Source: Deltaproteobacteria bacterium (lineage in GTDB: Bacteria > Desulfobacterota > Desulfobaccia > Desulfobaccales > 0-14-0-80-60-11). From it: a stretch of DNA of 64,000 nucleotides. Position numbers and translations under genes: made by a program. A model generated the notes under the pieces. That model searched no databases and was not told the DNA's origin. It was given only the letters and a program-made list of their open reading frames with translations. The stretch covers positions 7,591 to 71,590 of the forward strand of contig JASEFS010000018.1 in NCBI GenBank assembly GCA_030018495.1. Direction: 5' to 3'. The first letter of the stretch is position 1; each line of letters begins with the position of its first letter. Positions 7,791-16,923 of the stretch are shown one piece after another.

Positions 7791-7873
7791 GGTGATGAAG
7801 TCCGCCATAACCGCCCTGCCTTCCCAGGCGGGGATGATGACTTCTGTCCAGTAGCCGGGCAGAAGTTTTTTTT
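7791..7873 (+). promoter_or_regulatory. fluoride riboswitch 3 (crcB motif) plus competing terminator
   Basis: GGUGAUGAAGUCCGCC-AUAAC-CGCCCUGCC(UUCCC)AGGCGGGG-AUGAUGACUUCUG. Loop GAAGUC is perfectly complementary to GACUUC. Terminator ACUUCUGUCC-AGUAGCC-GGGCAGAAGU followed by U8. Confidence 0.85.
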
Positions 7874-7895
7874 CGCCCGGTCCCAGGAGGACCAT

Positions 7896-9650
7896 ATGGG
7901 AACCTTTCAACAACTCCAGGAGGCCCTGGAGAGGCAGCTTACCCAATTGGCGCGCCTGCCGGAATTTCAGGGTCCCGGCTTGCCCCGGATTTTGGAGAAA
8001 CTGCGACAGAACCGCTTTCATCTGGTGGTGCTGGGGGCTTTCAAGCGGGGCAAAAGCACCCTGATCAACGCCCTGCTGGGCGACCCCATCCTGCCCACCG
8101 CCATCATCCCCCTGACTTCGGTGGTCACCATCCTCACCTATGGGGAGAGTCTGACCATCGAGGTGCGCTTCCATAACGGCCAGCGCCGGCAGATTTCCCA
8201 AGCCGAACTGGTGGATTACATAACCGAGAAGGGCAATCCCGGCAACCGCAAGGGAGTTCAGGAAGTCGAGATTACCTACCCTTCCGACTACCTCAAAGAA
8301 GGAGTGCGGATCATCGACACTCCCGGGGTGGGCTCGGTTTACAGCCATAACACCGACGTGGCTTATAATTACCTGCCCCAAGTGGACGCCGCCATCTTCG
8401 TGGTTACCGTGGACCCGCCCCTGTCCGCGGCGGAGCAGGAGTTTTTGCAGGATATCAGGGAGTTTGTCCACAAGATCTTTTTTGTCCTCAACAAGATTGA
8501 TTACGTGGAGGCCGCGGAGCGGCAGGAAGCCCTGGATTTCACCTCCCAGGTCCTGGCGGCCAACCTGGCAGCCTGCCCGGTGGCAATCTTTCCCCTGTCC
8601 GCCAAGATGGCCCTGGACGGCAAGACCAATGGCCACCCGGAACTCCTGGAGGCGAGCCTCCTGCCCCAATTCGAGGAGCACTTGCGCCAGTTCCTCTACC
8701 GGGAAAAGGGGCGGGTGCTGCTGATTTCCTGCGTCAGCGGGGCCTTGAAGGCCATCACCGACTCCACCCTGGCCCTCAAGGTGGAACGCCAGGCCAGCGG
8801 CCTGCCCTTGAAGGAACTGGAAGAAAAAATCGCCCGCTTTGATCTGGAATTGCAAGGACTGGAAAAAGAGCGGGAGATGTCCCTGCTCCTGCTGGACGGC
8901 CGGGTCAAAGGCGTGGTGGCGCAAGTGGACGCCGACCTGGAGGCTTTTAGAAAAGAAACCACCGCCCGTCTGCGCCGGGAGGTGGAGGCGACCTTCCAGC
9001 AAAAAAGCCGGGCCGCTCTGGACCTGCGGAAAGAGATGGAAGAATTCCTCTTCGCGGCGCTCAGAGATGTCTTCACCACTTGGCGGCGCCAGGAGATCGA
9101 GAAGCTTTCCCAGATATTGGCCGAGACCCACCAGGACTTCGCCGGCCGTATCAACGCCATCCTGGAGCGGCTGACCCAGTTGACCGCCCGCATCTTCGAT
9201 TTTTCCTTGCGGGGCTTTGCGGTGGAGGAAGCCTTCACGGATTTGCGGCAATTCTGGTTCAGGTTTAAGGAAGACCCGGTGGGGCTGGAAATACTGCAGA
9301 TGACCGTTACTTCCCTCTTGCCCAGGGCCCTGACCAAGGGGTTGCTCCTGAAAAAGCTGTTGGAAAATGTCACGGAGTTGGTGGACAAGCACTGCGGGCG
9401 GCTGCGCTATGACTTTCACCAGCGCCTCCAGGAGATTGCCCGGGACTTCCGCCAGACCTGGCTCGCCAGAATTGACGACACCACCCGGAGCATCCGCCAG
9501 GCCCTGGAGCGGGCCCGGGCTCAAAAGCAGACCAGCGCCCAGGCCGTCGCGGCCCGGGCGGGACAACTGGACCAGAGCCTGGCTGAAATCCTGAAGGCCG
9601 AAGCGCAATTGTTAGCCTTGAAGGAGCGCATTGAAGCGACCGTGCATTAA
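7896..9650 (+). CDS. dynamin-family GTPase (bacterial dynamin-like protein, 584 aa)
   Basis: GAFKRGKST (G1), IIDTPG (G3), LNKID (G4), then a long helical/coiled-coil C-terminal half. ATG at 7896 follows an AGGAGG SD; the track extension from 7752 overlaps the riboswitch. Confidence 0.8.
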   Translation: MGTFQQLQEALERQLTQLARLPEFQGPGLPRILEKLRQNRFHLVVLGAFKRGKSTLINALLGDPILPTAIIPLTSVVTILTYGESLTIEVRFHNGQRRQISQAELVDYITEKGNPGNRKGVQEVEITYPSDYLKEGVRIIDTPGVGSVYSHNTDVAYNYLPQVDAAIFVVTVDPPLSAAEQEFLQDIREFVHKIFFVLNKIDYVEAAERQEALDFTSQVLAANLAACPVAIFPLSAKMALDGKTNGHPELLEASLLPQFEEHLRQFLYREKGRVLLISCVSGALKAITDSTLALKVERQASGLPLKELEEKIARFDLELQGLEKEREMSLLLLDGRVKGVVAQVDADLEAFRKETTARLRREVEATFQQKSRAALDLRKEMEEFLFAALRDVFTTWRRQEIEKLSQILAETHQDFAGRINAILERLTQLTARIFDFSLRGFAVEEAFTDLRQFWFRFKEDPVGLEILQMTVTSLLPRALTKGLLLKKLLENVTELVDKHCGRLRYDFHQRLQEIARDFRQTWLARIDDTTRSIRQALERARAQKQTSAQAVAARAGQLDQSLAEILKAEAQLLALKERIEATVH

Positions 9651-9769
9651 CAGCCGCTGGTCCATCCGAATTAACTTGCATCGGTTGAATATGGACTTAA
9701 CATAATTGAGGCGGGGGACGCTGAATATGCTTTTGTCAAAAGATCAATCTTGCTCAAGAGGAGGCGGCA

Positions 9770-10057
9770 ATGAAGGAGTATGACGAGATCATCCGGCAAA
9801 AGGGTCTGCCCCGCGTGGGACAGACGGTGCGCAGCAAAAAGTACGGTACTTTGTGGCGCGTCATGGAGAAAAAGGAGATTTGGCGCAACATCGATCCCGA
9901 CCCCCAAACCGGCGAACCCCGCATGGTCCCGGCCATCTACCTCCTTTACTGGAAGGTTCAGGAAGGAACCCCGCCCGGGGTAGGTAAAATGATGGGCTAC
10001 GAATACACCCTGTACGACAACACCTTTGCCTTAAACTGGGATATCGTCCAAGATTAG
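9770..10057 (+). CDS. conserved small protein of unknown function (95 aa), paralog B
   Basis: GAGGAGG SD; about three quarters identical to the 3226..3510 product. Confidence 0.8.
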   Translation: MKEYDEIIRQKGLPRVGQTVRSKKYGTLWRVMEKKEIWRNIDPDPQTGEPRMVPAIYLLYWKVQEGTPPGVGKMMGYEYTLYDNTFALNWDIVQD

Positions 10058-10068
10058 GCACCTGCCAC

Positions 10069-10106
10069 ACCCGGATTGGGGAGTATTCCGATCCGGGTTT
10101 TCTTTA
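10069..10106 (+). terminator. Rho-independent terminator after paralog B
   Basis: ACCCGGAT-(14 nt)-ATCCGGGT followed by TTTTCTTTAAATTT. Confidence 0.65.
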
Positions 10107-10150
10107 AATTTGGTCAACCACTTTTGCAAAAACAGCGGGGGGCATACGAA

Positions 10151-10786
10151 ATGACCCAAATTATCCTGGTGCGCCACGGCCAAACGCCCTGGAACAAGGA
10201 CAAGATTTTTCGAGGCTCCAAAGACATCCCCTTGAACGACCAGGGGCAAGAGGAAGCCCGCCTGGCCGGGGAATGGCTCAAAGGTGAGACCATTCATGCG
10301 GTTTATACTTCGCCTCTTTCCCGCTCCCGGGATACAGCCCTGGCCATTGCCCGACACCACGGCCTTCAAGTCACGGATTTGCCGGGTCTGAGCGATCTCT
10401 GCTATGGTGATTGGGAAGGTCTGCCCTTAACCGAGGTCAAAGTGAAATATGCTGACCTTTACCGCCAATGGGAGACAGCTCCCCACACAGTGCGCTTCCC
10501 TGGGGGTGAAACTCTGGAGGAGTTGCGCAGCCGCGCCATGGCTGCGGTAAATGAAGTAGTTCAACGACACCCCGGCCAGGTTGTCCTGCTTTCGGCTCAT
10601 CGCGCCGTCAACAAAGTCTTGATCGCCGCTCTCATCGGCCTGGACAATTCCCACTTCTGGCGCATCGGCCAGGATACTACTGCAGTCAACCGTTTTCACC
10701 TGGTCGGCGATGTCTGGCACATCATGTCGATAAACGATGCCTGCCACCTGCGCGGGATGCAACGCGGCGAGTACGTGGATTTTTGA
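10151..10786 (+). CDS. histidine phosphatase family protein (phosphoglycerate mutase-like)
   Basis: N-terminal ILVRHGQTPWN (RHG catalytic motif), later LSAHRAV. ATG at 10151. Confidence 0.8.
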   Translation: MTQIILVRHGQTPWNKDKIFRGSKDIPLNDQGQEEARLAGEWLKGETIHAVYTSPLSRSRDTALAIARHHGLQVTDLPGLSDLCYGDWEGLPLTEVKVKYADLYRQWETAPHTVRFPGGETLEELRSRAMAAVNEVVQRHPGQVVLLSAHRAVNKVLIAALIGLDNSHFWRIGQDTTAVNRFHLVGDVWHIMSINDACHLRGMQRGEYVDF

Positions 10787-10873
10787 TTCCTATCAGGGAG
10801 CTTCACCCTGTTCGCAGGCCAGCGCGCGATTTTAGCCGGTTATTGCCGGTTATTAATACATGGCCGCGGAGTC

Positions 10874-11290
10874 ATGAGATTTTATTGTCCCCGATGCTGG
10901 CAGGATTTTGACAAGGACTTGTCTCGCTGCCCTTACTGCGGCCTTGATATTCACGGATTCTGGAAGTCAAAAGATTACGTGGAAAAATTGATCGTCGCCT
11001 TAAACCATCCGGAACCGGAAACTCCCATCCGGGCGGCGTGGCTTTTGGGAGAACTCAAGGACCCCCGGGCAGTTGAGCCGTTAATCAGGTTGATAAAATA
11101 TACTGAAGATGTGTACATTGCCCAGGCCGCAGTTGAGGCTTTGGGGAAATTTGAAACACCCGAGTCCCTGCATTTCCTGGACACTTTGGTTCATCACCCG
11201 GTCAAAATGGTCAGAGACACGGTGCTGCAAATCCTGGCCTCGCGAAATCGACACCGCCCCTCAACTGAGAAAGGAAAGGAAAATGTATGA
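10874..11290 (+). CDS. zinc-ribbon plus HEAT-repeat protein (138 aa)
   Basis: CPRC...CPYC at the N-terminus, followed by PBS-lyase/HEAT-like repeats ([29 protein letters not shown]). Confidence 0.65.
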   Translation: MRFYCPRCWQDFDKDLSRCPYCGLDIHGFWKSKDYVEKLIVALNHPEPETPIRAAWLLGELKDPRAVEPLIRLIKYTEDVYIAQAAVEALGKFETPESLHFLDTLVHHPVKMVRDTVLQILASRNRHRPSTEKGKENV

Positions 11291-12558
11291 GTAATAAAAT
11301 CACTTCCGTCCAGGCCATGGAAATCCTTGATTCCCGCGGCAACCCGACGCTTCGTGCTTATGTAACTCTGGACAACGGCATTTCTGCCTCTGCCTCCGTG
11401 CCTTCCGGCGCTTCCACCGGCGAGAACGAAGCCGTGGAATTGCGGGATGGAGATAAAAAGCGCTATGGCGGCAAAGGCGTGTTGAGAGCCGTAGAAAACG
11501 TCAACACGGTTATCGCCTCCCGCCTCATTGGCCATGACCCCAGTCGCCAGGCCGAAATCGACCGCCTCCTGATCGAACTGGATGGCACCTCCAATAAAAG
11601 CAACTTGGGCGCCAACGCTATTCTGGGGGTGTCCATGGCGGTGGCCCGGGCCGCGGCGCAGTCCGCGCAGATCCCTCTTTACCAATATCTCGGTGGGGCT
11701 GGGGCAAGAAGATTGCCGGTCCCCTGCATGAACATCGTCAACGGCGGCCAACATGCCGACAACAGTGTGGACATCCAGGAATTCATGGCTGTTCCCATCG
11801 GCGCGCCTTCTTTCCGGGAGGGACTGCGTTACGTGGCGGAAACCTTCCATACCCTTAAGGGAATTTTGAAGGCTCGGGGCCTGGCGACCAGCGTTGGTGA
11901 CGAGGGCGGCTTCGCGCCGAATTTTTCCAGCAACGAGGATGCCATAGAAACGATCCTGCAGGCGATTGACAAGGCAGGCTACAAGCCCGGGGAGCAGATT
12001 GCCATTGCCTTGGACAGCGCCGCGAGTTCCTTTGCGCTGGATCGGGTCGGGGAGTACGACCTGAAGCGCTCCCGAGCCGGAAGAAAGACCAGCAGTGAGC
12101 TTATTGCTATGGCCGGCGAATGGCTCGAGAAATACCCCATCGTTCTCTGGGAAGACCCGTTGGCGGAAGGGGATTGGGAGGGATTTAAGCAGTTTACGGC
12201 TAAATATGGCGGGAAAATCGAAGTTGTCGGCGACGACATCTTTGTCACCAATACAAAATACATAGCCAGGGGGATCAAAGAAGGCACCGCGAATTCGGCG
12301 CTGATCAAGCTGAACCAGATCGGCACCGTAACTGAAACGATCGAAGCAGTGCGCATGTGCCGTGAGGCGGGTTGGCGCTATTTCCTCTCGCATCGGTCCG
12401 GAGAGACGGAAGACACCTTTCTGGCGGATTTTGCCGTCGCCATGGATGGGGGGCACCTCAAGACCGGCTCGGCAAGCCGCAGCGAGCGGATCGCCAAATA
12501 CAACCGCTTGTTGGAAATCGAGCAGGAGATTGGGAAAGAAGCTTTGTTTTACTGGTGA
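11287..12558 (+). CDS. eno: enolase (phosphopyruvate hydratase)
   Basis: 423 aa. [30 protein letters not shown] and [20 protein letters not shown] motifs. The ATG overlaps the upstream stop (ATGA). Confidence 0.95.
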   Translation: MSNKITSVQAMEILDSRGNPTLRAYVTLDNGISASASVPSGASTGENEAVELRDGDKKRYGGKGVLRAVENVNTVIASRLIGHDPSRQAEIDRLLIELDGTSNKSNLGANAILGVSMAVARAAAQSAQIPLYQYLGGAGARRLPVPCMNIVNGGQHADNSVDIQEFMAVPIGAPSFREGLRYVAETFHTLKGILKARGLATSVGDEGGFAPNFSSNEDAIETILQAIDKAGYKPGEQIAIALDSAASSFALDRVGEYDLKRSRAGRKTSSELIAMAGEWLEKYPIVLWEDPLAEGDWEGFKQFTAKYGGKIEVVGDDIFVTNTKYIARGIKEGTANSALIKLNQIGTVTETIEAVRMCREAGWRYFLSHRSGETEDTFLADFAVAMDGGHLKTGSASRSERIAKYNRLLEIEQEIGKEALFYW

Positions 12559-12793
12559 TCGCTTTCTTTAGAATACAAACAAAGCGCTGCATCGGACGGC
12601 CGGGCAAAATCCTGAATGATGCTTCGGGGCCATTGGAGGCTTCATAAAACCTTGCCAGCCTCCCGCAGATATGGGAAAATGGACGCAAGGCGGGATATGA
12701 TCGAGGAGGAACCTTCTATACCGGCCCTCCGTAAACCGTCTGTGGCTGATAATGAATAAATGAATACATCTGCTAAAACAAGGAGTTAATCAG

Positions 12794-12835
12794 GGAGAAT
12801 GCGGGTTGGATTCCCGCGCCTCCACCATTTTTCTT
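12794..12835 (+). terminator. hairpin plus T-run (terminator candidate, tRNA-minihelix-like)
   Basis: GGAG-AAT-GCGGG-TTGGATT-CCCGC-G-CCTCC-ACCA-TTTTTCTT. Confidence 0.4.
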
Positions 12836-13014
12836 CCAAATCCTTCCAACAGAAAATTTGCTTCTCATAATCTACTGGCGGCTCGGGATTTATTGCAGCT
12901 TTTCACCATCTGGCCTTTATTTCAAACAGCAGTCGGAAGGAATCTATTTTTATCCAAATATGATATTATACGGTTCGAATCAGGATCCTTCCCAGAGGAC
13001 CGGAGGCGCGCTGG

Positions 13015-13719
13015 ATGCGAATAATTTCGGAAGCAAGAAAGATGCGCCGGGCGGACAAAACCAAGGAATCTTTGAAGGTGGCGCGGGCTGCTCTCGAAGC
13101 AGAGACCCAGGAAGTTGTCCGGACATCTAAAAACCTGAATGAAAATTTAGGCAAAGCCGTAAAGAGTATTTGGCGGCAGCTGCTTTTTCTTTGGGCCATA
13201 GTGGCCATCCTGGCGATCTCCTATTTATGGGTCCTGAAAAGTACTCCCAAGGCCATAAACCTGGTAGAGGCGCCACAGGCCCAAAGCATGCAGGGTAAGC
13301 TGCTGCCGCCCGCCACACCTGCTCCCCAGACTCCTGATCCTGCCTCAATCCCCGCCGGAGAGGATTTGATCAAACTGCTCAACCAAATTCGGGAGGCTCA
13401 GCTAAAAAAAGATATTCAATTGTTTTTAAAGGCTTATTCTTCTGATTTCGTCAACTTGAAGCAAAAAAAGGACCTGACCCTGAATATATGGAGAAGGTAT
13501 GATTACATAGATTTGCAATATCAATTAAGCAACGTTATCCAAGAAGATGATTCCACCATACTGGCGCTGGTGACCTGGGATATCAAAGCTCGGGATCACA
13601 AAACCGATGACGTCAAACTACTCACAAAATCTTATAAAGTCCAATTTTTCAGAGAATCCTCAGGTAACTGGCTGGTCCAAAAACTGGAACCCGTCGATGA
13701 AAATGAATTGGAGACTTAA
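13015..13719 (+). CDS. membrane-anchored hypothetical protein (234 aa)
   Basis: One TM helix (LLFLWAIVAILAISYLWVL), a Pro-rich linker and a C-terminal ~110-aa domain that looks NTF2/SnoaL-like (weak guess). Start uncertain (13015 or 13042). Confidence 0.55.
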   Translation: MRIISEARKMRRADKTKESLKVARAALEAETQEVVRTSKNLNENLGKAVKSIWRQLLFLWAIVAILAISYLWVLKSTPKAINLVEAPQAQSMQGKLLPPATPAPQTPDPASIPAGEDLIKLLNQIREAQLKKDIQLFLKAYSSDFVNLKQKKDLTLNIWRRYDYIDLQYQLSNVIQEDDSTILALVTWDIKARDHKTDDVKLLTKSYKVQFFRESSGNWLVQKLEPVDENELET

Positions 13720-13756
13720 CTTGGGCTTTTCTGCTGTTCTTTCCACTCAATCAAGA

Positions 13757-14626
13757 ATGTTGCAGACGCTATTATTAATTTTATTATTAGTTTTTATCAA
13801 CGCCTGTGCAGCCCCTGTTAAACAAAATGTTCTTTACAGTATCCCCACGGTTACTTATTTGCGCGAGTGCCCTGATTATGACTGCCAGGTGGTAGGCGAG
13901 ATATTTAACGGCGATCAGGTGCTGGTTTTGAATAAAACCGACACAGGCTGGTGGCGGGTGCAATCCGAGCGCGACCAGAAGATTGGTTGGACTCAGCGAG
14001 ATTTGCTCAGTGAGTCCCAGATCAGCGTAAAAGAGTACATTATTGCGAAGGACGGCACTCCTTTGCGGGATTCTCCCAGCCAGGACATGGTTTCCCGGAC
14101 CAATTTGGCCTTGGGAGACCGCATTCAGAAACTGGTCGAACGTAACGGCTGGTGGCGAGTCCTGGTAGAAAAAGACAAATCCATAGGGTGGATTCCAGCC
14201 GGGGTGGCTTCTGAATTGCCGCCCAAGCCCACCACCACGGCAACTATGATTAAGACAGTGTCTGAAGAGCCCGGCCAAGCTGCTTCCCCTGCCAAGCCTG
14301 ACTCAGAAGCCGGTCAACTCTTTGTCGCCGCCGAGAACGTCACTCTGCACCTCATTCCCTTTAAGGAATCCAAGGTAATAAGGGAATTAACCATAAACGA
14401 CAAAGTAGTAAAAATTTCCCAGTCAGGCTCTGAGTGGATCAAGGTGAGATACCTGGAAACAGGTGCGGAAGGATGGGCCCTGGCCCACTACTTTAAGGAA
14501 ACACCGGTAAAGGCCAGAGCTCAGATTGTCACGGAAAAGGGCAAAGCTCAGAAAAAATCTCCTGAGAAAAAACCGCTTACTCCGGATCCGTTCAAATCGG
14601 AAACGCTGGAGCCCGAAGGCATGTGA
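13757..14626 (+). CDS. lipoprotein with three bacterial SH3-like repeats
   Basis: Signal peptide with lipobox LLLVFINAC. Three repeats of the GWWRV...IGW / WIKVRY...GW type. Start chosen at the ATG just after the upstream stop. Confidence 0.65.
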   Translation: MLQTLLLILLLVFINACAAPVKQNVLYSIPTVTYLRECPDYDCQVVGEIFNGDQVLVLNKTDTGWWRVQSERDQKIGWTQRDLLSESQISVKEYIIAKDGTPLRDSPSQDMVSRTNLALGDRIQKLVERNGWWRVLVEKDKSIGWIPAGVASELPPKPTTTATMIKTVSEEPGQAASPAKPDSEAGQLFVAAENVTLHLIPFKESKVIRELTINDKVVKISQSGSEWIKVRYLETGAEGWALAHYFKETPVKARAQIVTEKGKAQKKSPEKKPLTPDPFKSETLEPEGM

Positions 14627-14801
14627 AGCCGGGCTTTCTTGAGCAAAGTTTCAGATATCGCAGTTCTCCGCAGATGTGTGAGTGGAATCTTCCCGCCCCA
14701 GACTTCATCCTGTGTTTGGCATCAACCTTAGGTTATGGCCGAGTTGCCTCAGGGAAGCAGCTGTCTTTCTTTGGCGCGTGTCACTTTAGGCGTTGACCCT
14801 A

Positions 14802-16079
14802 ATGGAAAACCTTCTTCTCATTGCCAATGCTGTCATTATCCTGATTTTGCTTGCCATGACCTGGTGGTATGCTCATTCTACCAGCAGTCTTCTGCATCGC
14901 TCTCAAGATCAGGTGGCGGGGATTCAGCGTCAAGCGGTGGCCAAAATTGAAGAACTGCATGCTTCTTATACCCGGATCCTCAGGGAAATCGAAGAACGTC
15001 AGCAGGCCGAAGAAAGACTGGAAGAGAGCGAAGCACGTTTCGCCGCGTTCATGCGGCATTTGCCTGGCATGGCTGAGATGCGGGATACCAATGGCCGCTA
15101 TTTGTTTGTTAACGAGACCTGGGAAAAAATCTTCGCCCGCAATCCGGATGATTGCCGGGGTAAAACCCTGGAAGAAGTCTGGCCCCCGGATTTTGCCAGC
15201 CGTTTCATGGAACTGGACCGGCGAATCATAGAAGACGGCCATCCCCTGGAAAATATCGAAAATTTAGACCAGAACGGGCGAACCTATTCATGGCTGATTA
15301 CCCGATTCCCCATACTTAATCAAGAGAACCAGGCAGTCATGGTGGGCGCCATCGGTATAGACATAACCGCCCGCCGGCAGGCCGAGGAGGCCCTGAAGGC
15401 CTCTGAGCAAAAACTCCGCTCTCTTACCGCGCAGCTCCTCAGCGCTCAGGAAATTGAACGCAAACGGTTGGCTGCGGAATTGCACGACGAACTGGGTCAT
15501 TCGCTGCTGACTTTGAAACTGCGCCTGGAGTCTCTGGAAGAGCAGTTGCAGCCGCAGCAGGTATCTCTGAAAAAAGAAGTTCAGAAGATTCTGCGCTTCA
15601 TCAGTCAAACTATAGGAGAAGTGCGCCGCCTGTATCTGGATTTGATTCCGGGGGATCTGGAAGATCTGGGACTGACGGCCGCGCTGCACTCCCTGATCGA
15701 AGATTTTATCGATTTGCAGAAGCAGATTTCCTGGGAAGTGGAAGTGGACAACCTGGACGGACTGTTCCCCTTGCCGATCCAGACCGCCATCTATCGGGTG
15801 GTGCAAGAGGCCTTGACCAATATCGGCAAGCACGCCAAGCCTACCCAGGTAGCTCTGTCAATAAGCAAGGACCAGGATAAGGTCCTCTTCACAATCAAAG
15901 ATAACGGCGGAGGTTTTGACGCCAACAAAGTCTTTGCCCAGAAAAAAACCTTGGGCTTGCTGTCCATGGAAGAACGGGTGAAGATTCTCGGGGGAACCTT
16001 CAACCTCTGGAGCCAAAAAAACCAGGGGACCAAAATCTCCTTCAGCATCCCGCTGTCCAAGGAAGGATACCTGCTATGA
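14802..16079 (+). CDS. sensor histidine kinase (TM, PAS, HisKA_3, HATPase_c)
   Basis: N-terminal TM helix, PAS-like segment, H-box AAELHDELGHSL (NarX/DegS type), N-box QEALTNIGKHA and a G-box-like KDNGGGF. Confidence 0.85.
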   Translation: MENLLLIANAVIILILLAMTWWYAHSTSSLLHRSQDQVAGIQRQAVAKIEELHASYTRILREIEERQQAEERLEESEARFAAFMRHLPGMAEMRDTNGRYLFVNETWEKIFARNPDDCRGKTLEEVWPPDFASRFMELDRRIIEDGHPLENIENLDQNGRTYSWLITRFPILNQENQAVMVGAIGIDITARRQAEEALKASEQKLRSLTAQLLSAQEIERKRLAAELHDELGHSLLTLKLRLESLEEQLQPQQVSLKKEVQKILRFISQTIGEVRRLYLDLIPGDLEDLGLTAALHSLIEDFIDLQKQISWEVEVDNLDGLFPLPIQTAIYRVVQEALTNIGKHAKPTQVALSISKDQDKVLFTIKDNGGGFDANKVFAQKKTLGLLSMEERVKILGGTFNLWSQKNQGTKISFSIPLSKEGYLL

Positions 16080-16717
16080 GCCCTTATTCTGTCGTGCTGG
16101 CGGATGACCACGTCATGTTCAGGGAAGGCATACGCAAAATCATTGAAAAAATCGACGACGTCCAGATCAGCGGCGAAGCCAATGACGGCCTGGAGCTGCT
16201 GGAATTCCTGAAAACCTCCACCCCTGACTTGGTTATTCTGGACATTTCCATGCCCAATCTGCGAGGCTTGGAAGCCATCAGAGAGATCAAGAAGTTGTAC
16301 CCGCCGGTAAGCATCCTGGTGTTAACCATGCACCGGAAAAAAGAATTTATCCGCCAGGCGCTGGCGGACGGAGCAGACGGATTTTTACTGAAAGAAGACC
16401 CGGCCGGCGAGTTGGTGCGGGCTGTACAGGTTGTCAGAAGCGGGGAAAAATATCTCTCCCCCCTGCTTACCAGCGCCCTGATGACTTTGAACCTGCCTGA
16501 CGAGCAGCAGGATCGCCTGACCATGCGGGAAAGAGAAGTTTTAAAACTCCTGGCGGAGGGCAAGAAGGCCCAGGATATTGCTGAAGCCTTGTTTATCAGC
16601 GTAAATACAGTGCGCCGCCACCGTTACAATATTATGGAAAAGCTAAACATTGACAACATGGCCGACCTGGTAAAGTATGCAATTTCGCAGAGTTACATTC
16701 AAGATGAGGACTCCTGA
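16076..16717 (+). CDS. response regulator, NarL/FixJ family (REC plus LuxR-type HTH)
   Basis: VVLADDH, DLVILDISMP, C-terminal LTMREREVLKLLAEGKKAQDIAEALFISVNTVRRHRYNIMEKL. 4-nt overlap with the kinase gene. Confidence 0.9.
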   Translation: MSPYSVVLADDHVMFREGIRKIIEKIDDVQISGEANDGLELLEFLKTSTPDLVILDISMPNLRGLEAIREIKKLYPPVSILVLTMHRKKEFIRQALADGADGFLLKEDPAGELVRAVQVVRSGEKYLSPLLTSALMTLNLPDEQQDRLTMREREVLKLLAEGKKAQDIAEALFISVNTVRRHRYNIMEKLNIDNMADLVKYAISQSYIQDEDS

Positions 16718-16923
16718 ACACCCCTATGATTAAAATGATCACTAAAAATTGAGCATTTCAACCATAGACTTTCCTTACTTCACCCCCCATTCTGAAATTA
16801 CCTAAGCACAATTGTTCAGGTAAACCCTGAGCGAGATGGCATACTTTAGCTTATGGCAGTTTGTTCCGGGGGAGAGGGCCGGGAGTCTGCGGCCCCTCGG
16901 CTCTTTCAAAGTTAAGCTGATTC

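Noticed and set aside
7752-7895. N-terminal extension of the dynamin-like ORF (track start 7752)
   Set aside because: These codons coincide with the promoter, aptamer and terminator of riboswitch 3; the real start at 7896 follows AGGAGG.
7716-9608. 630-aa ORF on the minus strand
   Set aside because: It is fully antisense to the dynamin-like GTPase gene. The translation is low-complexity (G/P/L/Q-rich) with no motifs, whereas the plus-strand frame carries clear GTPase motifs and an SD-ATG after the riboswitch. This is a typical GC-rich shadow ORF.
11194-12456. 420-aa minus-strand ORF
   Set aside because: It is antisense to enolase and is a shadow ORF.
12794-12827. tRNA gene or 3' fragment on the plus strand
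   Set aside because: The T-loop reads TTGGATT (lacking the near-invariant C56) and the 5' GGAG pairs directly next to the T-arm with no D or anticodon arms. It is better explained as a terminator-type hairpin; kept only as a low-interest note.
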